Source: Candidatus Aminicenantales bacterium (GTDB taxonomy: Bacteria; Acidobacteriota; Aminicenantia; Aminicenantales; UBA4085). From it: a stretch of DNA of 64,000 nt. The stretch covers positions 392,599 to 456,598 of the forward strand of contig JBEKTZ010000001.1 in NCBI GenBank assembly GCA_049515535.1. The letters run 5' to 3'. Shown here one piece after another: positions 1 to 8,254 of this stretch; position 1 is the stretch's first letter, and the number at the start of each line of letters is the position of its first letter. Made by a program: the position numbers and the translations under genes. The notes under the pieces were generated by a model, which had not been told where the DNA came from, made no database searches, and saw nothing but the letters and a program-made list of their open reading frames with translations.

Positions 1-856
1 CGGAGGAGATCCTCTGGGTGCCGATGAAAAGGATAAAAGCGCCGACGACGCCGCCGATGAATTCCATGAACGGCGAGGAGAGCGAGGAGATCCAGGCCAG
101 CTTGAGGTTGATCCGGAAATAGCTCCAGGTGGCCTTCAGGAATTTCTTCAGCTCGAATCGCTCCATGGTGAAGGCTTTGACAATCTTGTTGCCGCTGATC
201 GTTTCGTGGAGAAGGTCGTAGATCTGGCCCATCTTGACCTGGCTCTGGAGGCCTTTCCTTTTGAGCTGTCGGCTGAAAGCCGCGAGGGGAATGACGGCCA
301 GCGGGGTGACGACAAAGGCCATCATGGCCAGCTTCCAATCGCGGACGAACATCTGGACGAGGAGCGCCGCGAGGATGAAGACTTCCTCGATCATGTCGCT
401 CATCGCGCTCGAGACCGCCTGCTGGATCCTGTCCACGTCGTTGGTCAGCCGGGACATGAGGTCGCCCGTCGAGACCCGATCGAAGTAGCCCATGGACTGG
501 TAAAGGATATGGCTGTAGAGCTCGTCCCGCATGGTCTTGACGATCTTGTTGCCCACGGCCTTCATGAAAAACGAGGAGAGAAACGTAAACACGCCCTTGC
601 CGAAGATGACGACGACGACCATGATGGGCAGCACGTTCCGGATGTCCTGCGGACCGACATGGAGCCAGCGGAAAACGACGTCCATGAAGCGGAACTTCGT
701 CGGCGCGGCCTGCGATCCCAGCCCCCACATATTGTCGATGATCGGTTGAACCATGTCCACGAAAACATAGGAAAAGAAAGCGACGAAGATCGTGGAGAGG
801 AACGAGAGAATGACGAGCTTTTTCTCCCGCCACGTCAGCTTGAGAAGCGCGAACAT
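1..856 (-). CDS. ABC exporter, MsbA-like fused permease/ATPase (5' part; runs off the window start)
   Basis: Not in the ORF track. Manual translation from ATG 856 gives MFALLKLTWREKKLVILSFLSTIFVAFF...VGNKIVKTMRDELYSHILYQSMGYFDRVSTGDLMSRLTNDVDRIQ, a typical ABC transmembrane type-1 region. Confidence 0.85.
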   Translation of the reverse strand, partial: MFALLKLTWREKKLVILSFLSTIFVAFFSYVFVDMVQPIIDNMWGLGSQAAPTKFRFMDVVFRWLHVGPQDIRNVLPIMVVVVIFGKGVFTFLSSFFMKAVGNKIVKTMRDELYSHILYQSMGYFDRVSTGDLMSRLTNDVDRIQQAVSSAMSDMIEEVFILAALLVQMFVRDWKLAMMAFVVTPLAVIPLAAFSRQLKRKGLQSQVKMGQIYDLLHETISGNKIVKAFTMERFELKKFLKATWSYFRINLKLAWISSLSSPFMEFIGGVVGAFILFIGTQRISS

Positions 857-937
857 CGGATTTCGCTCAGACCGCCCTGGCCTTGAGGATTTTCAGGGCG
901 AGTTTGAACCGTTTTTTGGCTTTCATGAGAGGCCGGG

Positions 938-1159
938 TCAGGCGGATTTTTGAAAATCCTTCATGATCCTGTACATCTGATCTTTGAGGGCCAGCTTTTT
1001 CTTTTTCAGCTCTTTTTCCTCGAGCCGTTCTTCGTCGGAAAGGAAAGGCTTTTCTTTGAGGGCGGCCAGGTCGATCTCGCGCCGCCGGTGTTCATCGCAG
1101 AGCTTCCGGAAAACGGGATTCTCTTTGAGCAAGCGCTCTTTCAACAGGCTCTCATCCAT
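938..1159 (-). CDS. Small coiled-coil protein, DUF465/YdcH-like
   Basis: MDESLLKERLLKENPVFRKLCDEH...LKKKKLALKDQMY; the LKK.KL.LKD motif is typical of DUF465. GGAG SD lies upstream of ATG 1159. Confidence 0.75.
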   Translation of the reverse strand: MDESLLKERLLKENPVFRKLCDEHRRREIDLAALKEKPFLSDEERLEEKELKKKKLALKDQMYRIMKDFQKSA

Positions 1160-1240
1160 GCCTTTTTTCCTCCGCCGGCTAAGAATATCATAATGAATAA
1201 GTTCTTTCAATGAAGCTGGCCTAAACCCGCCCCGTCGGAT

Positions 1241-1409
1241 ACTCTTGGAGGAAAACCCTTATTGGGGTTTCCCTCCAACGGGAGCTTCGCTCCCTGCCAC
1301 CCTTCCCTGGAGCATCTTATGAACGCATTTCTACGGACAGATTTTGTTCATTAGATGGGGCGCCCTGGTCGGCGTCACCCCTTCTCCATTCTCCTATGAT
1401 CTATATCGA
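1241..1409. repeat. Dispersed multi-hairpin element, copy A (REP/PATE/MITE-like or ncRNA)
   Basis: Reverse complement of 30134-30303. The first 77 nt match 74/77; the rest is colinear but more diverged. Confidence 0.85.
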
Positions 1410-1420
1410 AAGATCTTTCC

Positions 1421-2428
1421 CTATATTCCCGCCTGGGAAGGACGATTTCCGCGAAGACTGTCGGAAAATATGTCCAGCATCCTTTCCGCAAGAGCCGGCC
1501 ATGTGAATTCCTGGATTTTCCGGTATCCGGCCTCGGCCAACCGATCTCGAAAGCCGGGGTCTTCGATCAGTTTTCGGATCCGGCGACGAAGGAAAAAAGA
1601 GAGAGGGAAGGAGACGACAAGGGCCGTCCGGCCTGGAAAAGCGAAGTCCCGTGTCCCGGATTTGGAGCAAACGACGGGCACCCGGCAGGCCATGGCCTCG
1701 GCCGTCGTGTTCGACCAACCCGCCCGACGCTCGGCGCTGACGAACAGATCCGCCTGGGAAAAGAGCCAGGCCATTCGGTCCTGGGGAAGGTTGAGATAAA
1801 AATCATGGGGAATCCGCGTCTTGATGAGGGGCCGGGGATCGCGCCGGTCCCGGCCAACCAGCGTGTCGAAGAAAATGAGCCGGAGGCGGGGATTCGCGCG
1901 GGCCAGGCCTTCAACGGCCCGGATGATGGACCCGATCCTCTTACGGCGCTTGTAGATCCGTCCGTAGCAGAGGATGTTGAACGCGTTCCGGTCCTGCCGG
2001 TCCGGCTCGGGATGGAAAATATGCGGATTGACGCCGCCCGCCGCGCGAAGACAAACAATCCCATACTTCCGCTCCATGCGCCGGCAGATTCCTTCGGAAT
2101 TCCCGAGGAACCGGAAATTTCTCCGGACGATCTCTCTTTCTCTCTTGTGACCTTCGAGGACGAAATAAAAAAACTTCGACCGGGCGCGGAGACGATCAAA
2201 TTCAGGCAGGATGGAATATTCGCTGCACAATCCGATGTCGAATTCTTCGTCGGTCAGCGACGAAAACGGCTGCGTCTCGGCCTGGAAATCGAGCCAGCCG
2301 GGCTTCTCGCCTCCAGGATGAAAAAGGACGAAAGCGTGGCCCCGGCGGGAGAATTCGTTGCCGAGCTCGATATAACGGCGCACGCCGCCGAAGACCTCGA
2401 TGTGAGGAAGCAGGGCGGCGATCTTCAT
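1421..2428 (-). CDS. Glycosyltransferase family 4 (GT-B fold)
   Basis: N-terminal FGGVRRY motif; C-terminal ADLFVS...TAEAMACRVPVVCS resembles the GT4 donor-binding motif. Confidence 0.85.
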   Translation of the reverse strand: MKIAALLPHIEVFGGVRRYIELGNEFSRRGHAFVLFHPGGEKPGWLDFQAETQPFSSLTDEEFDIGLCSEYSILPEFDRLRARSKFFYFVLEGHKREREIVRRNFRFLGNSEGICRRMERKYGIVCLRAAGGVNPHIFHPEPDRQDRNAFNILCYGRIYKRRKRIGSIIRAVEGLARANPRLRLIFFDTLVGRDRRDPRPLIKTRIPHDFYLNLPQDRMAWLFSQADLFVSAERRAGWSNTTAEAMACRVPVVCSKSGTRDFAFPGRTALVVSFPLSFFLRRRIRKLIEDPGFRDRLAEAGYRKIQEFTWPALAERMLDIFSDSLRGNRPSQAGI

Positions 2429-2507
2429 GAATTTGAACCTTAGCGGCTATTCTAGCAAAATCCAGGCTCGCACAGAAGATTTTTCAGAAGGCAATGTCAG
2501 AAGGCAA

Positions 2508-2536
2508 TTGACAAGTTTCAGAGGGAAAAATATACT
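2508..2536 (+). promoter_or_regulatory. Sigma70-type promoter of tRNA-Phe
   Basis: TTGACA-17 nt-TATACT, 36 nt upstream of the tRNA. Confidence 0.75.
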
Positions 2537-2572
2537 ATAGGCCGATTCGGAGTTTCTCCAGTAATCGTTCAT

Positions 2573-2645
2573 GGCGAGGTAGCTCAGTCGGTAGAGCGAG
2601 GGACTGAAAATCCCTGCGTCGGCGGTTCAATTCCGTCCCTCGCCA
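2573..2645 (+). tRNA. tRNA-Phe (GAA); CCA not encoded
   Basis: Acceptor stem GGCGAGG/CCTCGCC-A, D-arm AGCTCAGTCGGTAGAGC, anticodon arm AGGGA-CTGAAAA-TCCCT, T-loop GGTTCAATTCC. Confidence 0.97.
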
Positions 2646-2676
2646 TTCCCCTTCCCTTCCGGAAAAACGGGTGTTT

Positions 2677-3540
2677 TCATCCATTCAGGGTCTTCAGGAT
2701 ATTTCTCAATCCGTCCCGGAATTCCGGCCGCTTCAGGGCGAAATGGAGCGTGGCTTCGAGGAATCCGAACTTGTCGCCGGCATCGAATCGCCGCCCTTCG
2801 AAGAGAACGCCGTAGACGGGCCGGGTTTCCAAGAGGATCCGGATGGCATCGGTGATCTGGATCTCGCCCCCTATTCCGGGCGCGGTTTTCTTGATGGCCG
2901 CAAAAATATCGGGGGTGAAGATGTAACGGCCCAAAACGGCCAAATCGGAAAAAGCCTTTTCGGGGCCCGGCTTTTCGGCCAGATCCAGGACCCGATAAAC
3001 CCGGTCCGATACCGGTTCGGCCCGGACGACGCCGTGCTTGCCCGTCGCCGCCTTGTCGATGCGCCCCAGGACGACAACGGCCGCCCGCGTTTTTTCATAC
3101 ACGTCCGAAAGCTGTTTCGCACACGGCACCGGACAGTCATAGATCGTGTCGGGATTGAGGACCGCGAACGGCTCATCCCCGACAAAGGCTTCCCCCATGA
3201 GAACGGCATGGCCCAGGCCGCGCGGCTCGCGCTGTTCGATAAAAGTGATTTCGGCCAGCCGGCTCAATTCCTCCATCTCCGCGGCGAGTCTTTCCTCTCC
3301 TTTGCTCTTGAGAAATTCTTCAAGCTCCGGATTGCGGCCAAAATGCCGCCTTAGGATCGTTTTCCAGGGGCTGGTCACGATGCCGATGTTCTTCATCCCG
3401 GACGACGCCGCTTCTTCCACGGCGTATTGGATCATCGGCTTGTCGACGACGGCCAGCATTTCTTTAGGGACGGCTTTGGTCGCGGGAAGAAAGCGGGTGC
3501 CGAACCCGGCCGCCGGAATGATCGCTTTACGGACGCTCAT
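2677..3540 (-). CDS. galU: UTP--glucose-1-phosphate uridylyltransferase
   Basis: KAIIPAAGFGTRFLPATKAVPKEML, GLGHAV, EKP, GGEIQITDAI motifs. Confidence 0.95.
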   Translation of the reverse strand: MSVRKAIIPAAGFGTRFLPATKAVPKEMLAVVDKPMIQYAVEEAASSGMKNIGIVTSPWKTILRRHFGRNPELEEFLKSKGEERLAAEMEELSRLAEITFIEQREPRGLGHAVLMGEAFVGDEPFAVLNPDTIYDCPVPCAKQLSDVYEKTRAAVVVLGRIDKAATGKHGVVRAEPVSDRVYRVLDLAEKPGPEKAFSDLAVLGRYIFTPDIFAAIKKTAPGIGGEIQITDAIRILLETRPVYGVLFEGRRFDAGDKFGFLEATLHFALKRPEFRDGLRNILKTLNG

Positions 3541-3580
3541 GTTTCCTCTCGTCCTCGATAGGGATCAAGAACGGCGCATG

Positions 3581-3618
3581 AAAAAAAGGCCCTTAACCGG
3601 CGCACCGGTTAAGGGCCT
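3581..3618 (-). terminator. Rho-independent terminator downstream of the FadL-like gene
   Basis: Perfect 14-bp stem AGGCCCTTAACCGG-cgca-CCGGTTAAGGGCCT followed by a U tract on the minus strand. Confidence 0.85.
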
Positions 3619-3650
3619 AGAAAAACCAACTCCGCTCGATTCGTCCGAGC

Positions 3651-5018
3651 CTAGAATTTGTAGCTGATCGAAATGTTGGGAGCGATGATCGTCATGCCGT
3701 AAACGCCGGGGACGGCCGAGGCGTAGTTCGGATCGTACGATGGATTCGGGATCGGAGGGTGATTGAAGGTCTTGGCGAAATCGATCGTCCGGTCTTTGCC
3801 CATGAGATATTCCAAGCCGGCGTCGATCTGAAACCCGCCGGTGGAGTATCCCAAGCCGAACGTCAGGACGTTGAAGTCATAATTGGGGAGAAGGATGTTC
3901 ATCGTCCGATCGGGCGCCGGCGACGGATCGAAATAATAGCCGCCCCGGACCGCCAGGTCCTTGGTCAGCCGGTATTCGGCGCCGAACCGAATCTGCAGGG
4001 CGTCCTGCCAATACATGGCCATTTCGTCCTTGTGGCTGGCAGCCATCAACGTCGTCCATACGGGGTCGGTATAAGTCGTCTCGATCGTTTTAATTTTCGA
4101 CCACTGCGTCCACTGCAAGTCGGCGGTGATCGTCAGATCATCCATCGGCTTGAAGGCCATGCCGCCCGCGAGCCACATCGGCCAGGTTAATTCCCGTTTC
4201 ATATCGGAGGCTTGATTGACGCCCAATTGCGGCAGATTGGAAATGCTCGCGTTGCCGCTGAATTTGACCTTGCTTTCCGTGCGGAACGTCGCCCCCAGGC
4301 TGAACATCGCGCTGGGCTTGAACTGGACGCCGAACGTCGCCCCAAGGCCCCATCCGGTCTCACTTTCCTTGTACTGACCCATGTCGAACTGCAAAACAAA
4401 TGCGTTAATGTCCGCCTTTCCGGCGTACATCGCGAGATCAAACATCCCATAATTGATGTTCAGGGACGCCCCGATGGACAGCGTGTCGTTGATCTTGTAG
4501 GCCAATGTCGGAGCGATCGTCACGAGTCCGACTTTGCTCGTCCATTGGATGTCGGTCCGGTTTCCGGAAATGAAGGCCAGCTTGGAGCCGTCCCAATTGG
4601 CGCCGAGGCCGGACGGCGTATAGACACCGATGGCGGCTACGAGATTCTCGCTGACGGGATGGATATACGCGGCCAGGCCGCCCAGGTATGTCTTCGATAC
4701 GGTCTTGGTGTCGATAACCTTCTGATCGGTTGCACCGAGGCCAAGATAATAGCCAATCGAACCGGGAACGGTCAGCTGGTAGGTTCCGGACGGGATGATG
4801 TCAGTGCCGTAGACTCCGAACGTCTTGTTCTTGAAATTGGCGAGACCGGCGGGATTCCAGAAAATGGCGCTGAAATCGTCCGCCAGGCCGACAAAGGCCC
4901 CTCCCATGGTCAGCGCCTTCGTGCCGAGGCTGTTCAGGTTCAAGCCGTTGGCAAAAGACATCGCGCTGAGCGCCAGGAGGGCCGCCAGACCAAAAAGCAT
5001 TCTCTTTTTCTTCATCAT
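3651..5018 (-). CDS. OmpP1/FadL-family outer-membrane transporter
   Basis: Signal peptide, MGGAFVGLADDFSAIFWNPAGL (NPA motif), C-terminal YKF. Confidence 0.9.
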   Translation of the reverse strand: MMKKKRMLFGLAALLALSAMSFANGLNLNSLGTKALTMGGAFVGLADDFSAIFWNPAGLANFKNKTFGVYGTDIIPSGTYQLTVPGSIGYYLGLGATDQKVIDTKTVSKTYLGGLAAYIHPVSENLVAAIGVYTPSGLGANWDGSKLAFISGNRTDIQWTSKVGLVTIAPTLAYKINDTLSIGASLNINYGMFDLAMYAGKADINAFVLQFDMGQYKESETGWGLGATFGVQFKPSAMFSLGATFRTESKVKFSGNASISNLPQLGVNQASDMKRELTWPMWLAGGMAFKPMDDLTITADLQWTQWSKIKTIETTYTDPVWTTLMAASHKDEMAMYWQDALQIRFGAEYRLTKDLAVRGGYYFDPSPAPDRTMNILLPNYDFNVLTFGLGYSTGGFQIDAGLEYLMGKDRTIDFAKTFNHPPIPNPSYDPNYASAVPGVYGMTIIAPNISISYKF

Positions 5019-5123
5019 GTCACAAACCTCCTCCTTTGAATGTGACCTCTATTTACATTTTTTTGAATCGGAAGTCAAATCAATTGTATGAGCGTGTGAT
5101 TTAAGCGCCAAAACGATATATCT

Positions 5124-7703
5124 TCATTTCTTCGTAAAAACGAATTCATTTTTCGCATTCACGTCGATCTCTGCGGTGTCCCCTTCCTTGTATCCTCCGC
5201 TCAGGATCTTCATGGCCAGGGGATTCTGGATTTCCTGCTGGATGACTCTCTTGAGAGGACGGGCCCCATAGACAGGATCGTAGCCCATGGTGGCCAAGCT
5301 CTCTTTTGCCTTCCGGCTGATCTCGACGCCGATTTTTCGCTCCTCGAGCCGTTTACGCAACAGATGGATCTGAAGATCGACGATCTTGAGGATCGAATCC
5401 CGGGTCAGTGGCCTGAAGATGATCACTTCGTCGATCCGGTTGAGGAATTCCGGCCGGAAATGGCTTTCCAGGATTTTCTTGACCTCCCGATCCATGGTTT
5501 CATAATCCTGGCTGAACTCCTTGATGAGAGGGCTTCCCAAATTCGAGGTCATGATAATCAGCGTGTTTTTAAAATCGATCGTCCGCCCCTTGCCGTCCGT
5601 GAGGCGGCCGTCGTCCAGAATCTGGAGCAGGATGTTGAAGACGTCGGGATGGGCTTTTTCGATCTCGTCAAGGAGAACGATGGAGTACGGGCGGCGCTTG
5701 ACGGCTTCGGTGAGCTGTCCCCCCTCTTCGTAGCCGACGTATCCCGGAGGCGCTCCGATGAGCCGGGAGACCGCGTGCTTTTCCATGTACTCGGACATAT
5801 CGAGCCGGACCAGAGCCTTCTCCGAATCGAACAGGAGCCCGGCCAGGGCCCGGGCCAGCTCGGTTTTGCCGACGCCGGTGGGCCCGAGGAAAATGAACGA
5901 GCCGAGCGGCCTGGACGCCTCCTGGATCCCGGCTCGCGCCCGCCGGATCGTGTCCGAGACGGCCCGCAGGGCGGAGTCCTGGCCGACCACGCGCGCGGAC
6001 AGCGCGGCCTCCATCTTCAGGAGCTTCTCGACGTCGCCCTCGAGCATTTTGGAAACCGGGATCCCCGTCCACTTGGAGACGACCTCGGCCACGTCTTCTT
6101 CATCGACCTCCTCCTTGAGCATTTTCTTATGCTTCTGGATCTCGGCCAGCTCCCGGCCCAGTTTATCGAGCTCCTTATTCGCCTCGATCAGTTTGCCGTA
6201 GCGGATCTCGGCGGCTTTCTCCAGGTCTCCGCGCCTCTCCGCGCTCTGTTCCTCGATCTTCAAAGCGTCCTGCCGCTCTTTGAGCTTCTTGGCCGCGTCG
6301 ATCAGTTCCTTTTCCTTTTGCCACTGTCCCTTGAGGCTGCCGCTTCTTTCTTTGAGTCCGGCCAGCTCTTTGTTGAGCTTCTCGAGCCGGTCCTTCGAGC
6401 TGGGGTCCTTTTCCTTTTTGAGGGCCTGCCGCTCGATCTCGATCTGGAGAATCCGGCGCTCGAGTTCGTCGATCTCCTCGGGCAGGCTGTCGATTTCGAT
6501 CCGGATGCGCGCGGCCGCTTCATCGATGAGATCGATGGCCTTGTCCGGGAGAAAGCGGCCGGTGATATATCGGTTCGACAGCGTCGCGGCCGCGACGAGC
6601 GCCGAATCGCGGATCTTGACCCCGTGATAGAGCTCGTATTTCTCTTTCAGGCCGCGCAGGATCGAGATCGTGTCCTCGACCGAGGGCTCGCCGACGTAGA
6701 CCTGCTGGAACCGCCGTTCGAGCGCGGCGTCCTTTTCGATGTGTTTCTGGTATTCGTTGAGCGTTGTGGCGCCCACGCAGCGGATTTCGCCCCGGGCCAG
6801 CGCCGGCTTGAGCATGTTGGAAGCGTCCATGGCGCCTTCGGCCGCGCCCGCGCCGATGATGGTATGAAGCTCGTCGATGAAAAGGATGACGTCGCCCTCG
6901 GCTTCCTTGATCTCCTTGAGGATGGCCTTGAGCCGGTCCTCGAATTCCCCGCGGTATTTCGTCCCGGCGACGAGCGAGCCGATATCGAGCGCGAGCAGCC
7001 GCTTGTTCTTGATCGGCTGCGGCACGTCGCCGTTGGCGATCCGCTGGGCCAGCCCTTCGACGATAGCCGTTTTCCCCACGCCCGCTTCGCCGATGAGCAC
7101 GGGATTATTCTTGGTCCGCCGGGACAGGACCTGGATGACGCGTCGAATTTCGTCCTCGCGGCCGATGACCGGGTCGAGCTTGCCCTGCCGGGCCATGGCC
7201 GTGAAATCCCGCGTGTACTTCTGGAGGACTTGGAATTTGCTCTCGGGCTGCGGATCGGTGACCCGCTGCGTGCCGCGGATGGCCATGAGGGCCTGGAGGA
7301 CGGCGTCTTCCGTGACGCCGTTGTCAACGAGAAGGCGGGCCACGGCGGATGATCCGTCTTTGAGCATCGCCAGAAAGAGGTGCTCGGTCGAGATGTATTC
7401 GTCTTTGAGCTTGTCGGCTTCCTTCTGCGCTTCGGCGATGATTTGCCGCAGCGAAGATGACAAATAGACCTCGCCGCCCTGCACTTTGGGGAGTTTTTCG
7501 ATTTCCCGTTCCAGGTCCTTCCGGATTTTCGCCCGGTTGGCTCCGATCTTGGTCAGGACCGCACCGACGACATTCTCCTCCTGGGACAGAAAACTCCAGA
7601 GCAAATGTTCCGGGCGGACGTCCTGGTGGCCCGATTCCTCCGCTTTGACTTGGGCCGCCTGGAAGGCCTCCTGGGACATGACCGTGAATCGATCCATCCG
7701 CAT
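5124..7703 (-). CDS. clpB: ATP-dependent chaperone ClpB
   Basis: Two Walker A motifs ([16 protein letters not shown]), middle coiled-coil domain, GAPPGYVGY. Start moved to ATG 7703 (MRMDRFT) after SD AAGGAG. Confidence 0.96.
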   Translation of the reverse strand: MRMDRFTVMSQEAFQAAQVKAEESGHQDVRPEHLLWSFLSQEENVVGAVLTKIGANRAKIRKDLEREIEKLPKVQGGEVYLSSSLRQIIAEAQKEADKLKDEYISTEHLFLAMLKDGSSAVARLLVDNGVTEDAVLQALMAIRGTQRVTDPQPESKFQVLQKYTRDFTAMARQGKLDPVIGREDEIRRVIQVLSRRTKNNPVLIGEAGVGKTAIVEGLAQRIANGDVPQPIKNKRLLALDIGSLVAGTKYRGEFEDRLKAILKEIKEAEGDVILFIDELHTIIGAGAAEGAMDASNMLKPALARGEIRCVGATTLNEYQKHIEKDAALERRFQQVYVGEPSVEDTISILRGLKEKYELYHGVKIRDSALVAAATLSNRYITGRFLPDKAIDLIDEAAARIRIEIDSLPEEIDELERRILQIEIERQALKKEKDPSSKDRLEKLNKELAGLKERSGSLKGQWQKEKELIDAAKKLKERQDALKIEEQSAERRGDLEKAAEIRYGKLIEANKELDKLGRELAEIQKHKKMLKEEVDEEDVAEVVSKWTGIPVSKMLEGDVEKLLKMEAALSARVVGQDSALRAVSDTIRRARAGIQEASRPLGSFIFLGPTGVGKTELARALAGLLFDSEKALVRLDMSEYMEKHAVSRLIGAPPGYVGYEEGGQLTEAVKRRPYSIVLLDEIEKAHPDVFNILLQILDDGRLTDGKGRTIDFKNTLIIMTSNLGSPLIKEFSQDYETMDREVKKILESHFRPEFLNRIDEVIIFRPLTRDSILKIVDLQIHLLRKRLEERKIGVEISRKAKESLATMGYDPVYGARPLKRVIQQEIQNPLAMKILSGGYKEGDTAEIDVNAKNEFVFTKK

Positions 7704-7930
7704 CGCCGTTCTCCTTAATGAATGGTCCGGTTTGAATGATCCAGTTAAAAAATAAAGGCTCTCCGCGCGATTGTCAAGGAAAGCTCGCACTGATTGTAGA
7801 ACAGTAAGTGTCCGGCGTCACCCGTTCTCCCCGCTTTTTTTCTTATGTCACCGAAGCGCTCCCGTTCGTTTCCTTTTTTTCCTCTTGACAATTCGGCAAA
7901 AATCGCTATTTTTTGAAATGGGAGCTTCGC

Positions 7931-8254
7931 ATGGAAGAGATCGAAATCACGAGTTGGGTCACGCTGGACGCGATCAAGAAGAAAGCGGAGATCATCGAAA
8001 CGATCGGAAACTTGCAGACCGGCCACAGCATGTCGGTTTTCTGCCAAATCGAGGACGATTACCTCGAGCTCGTCTATAGCGATTCGACCGCGAACTATCT
8101 GCGCCGCTACGAGGACAAGGACGAACTCGAGGAAGGGATCGAGCAGCGCAAGGAAGAGGCCGGCGAGGCTCCTTACGAGGGGGACCACGAACTCGAAGAG
8201 GATTACGAGGAAGAGGAAGGCGAACTCGAGGTCGAGGACGAATCGAACGGTTAA
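7931..8254 (+). CDS. Hypothetical, highly acidic small protein
   Basis: GGGAG SD before ATG 7931; upstream TTGACA-16-TATTTT; Glu/Asp-rich tail. Confidence 0.7.
   Translation: MEEIEITSWVTLDAIKKKAEIIETIGNLQTGHSMSVFCQIEDDYLELVYSDSTANYLRRYEDKDELEEGIEQRKEEAGEAPYEGDHELEEDYEEEEGELEVEDESNG

Noticed and set aside
206..886. Long plus-strand ORF, and similar long antisense ORFs such as 5364-7352, 13605-15395, 21505-23901 and 24305-25840
   Set aside because: These are shadow ORFs opposite well-supported genes, expected in GC-rich DNA, and have no recognisable motifs.
867..926. 19-codon basic minus-strand ORF (MKAKKRFKLALKILKARAV) upstream of the ABC exporter
   Set aside because: No SD and no other support; it cannot be distinguished from chance.
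2573..2670. tRNA-Phe as an integration site
   Set aside because: No integrase nearby and no duplicated tRNA 3' end seen in the window.
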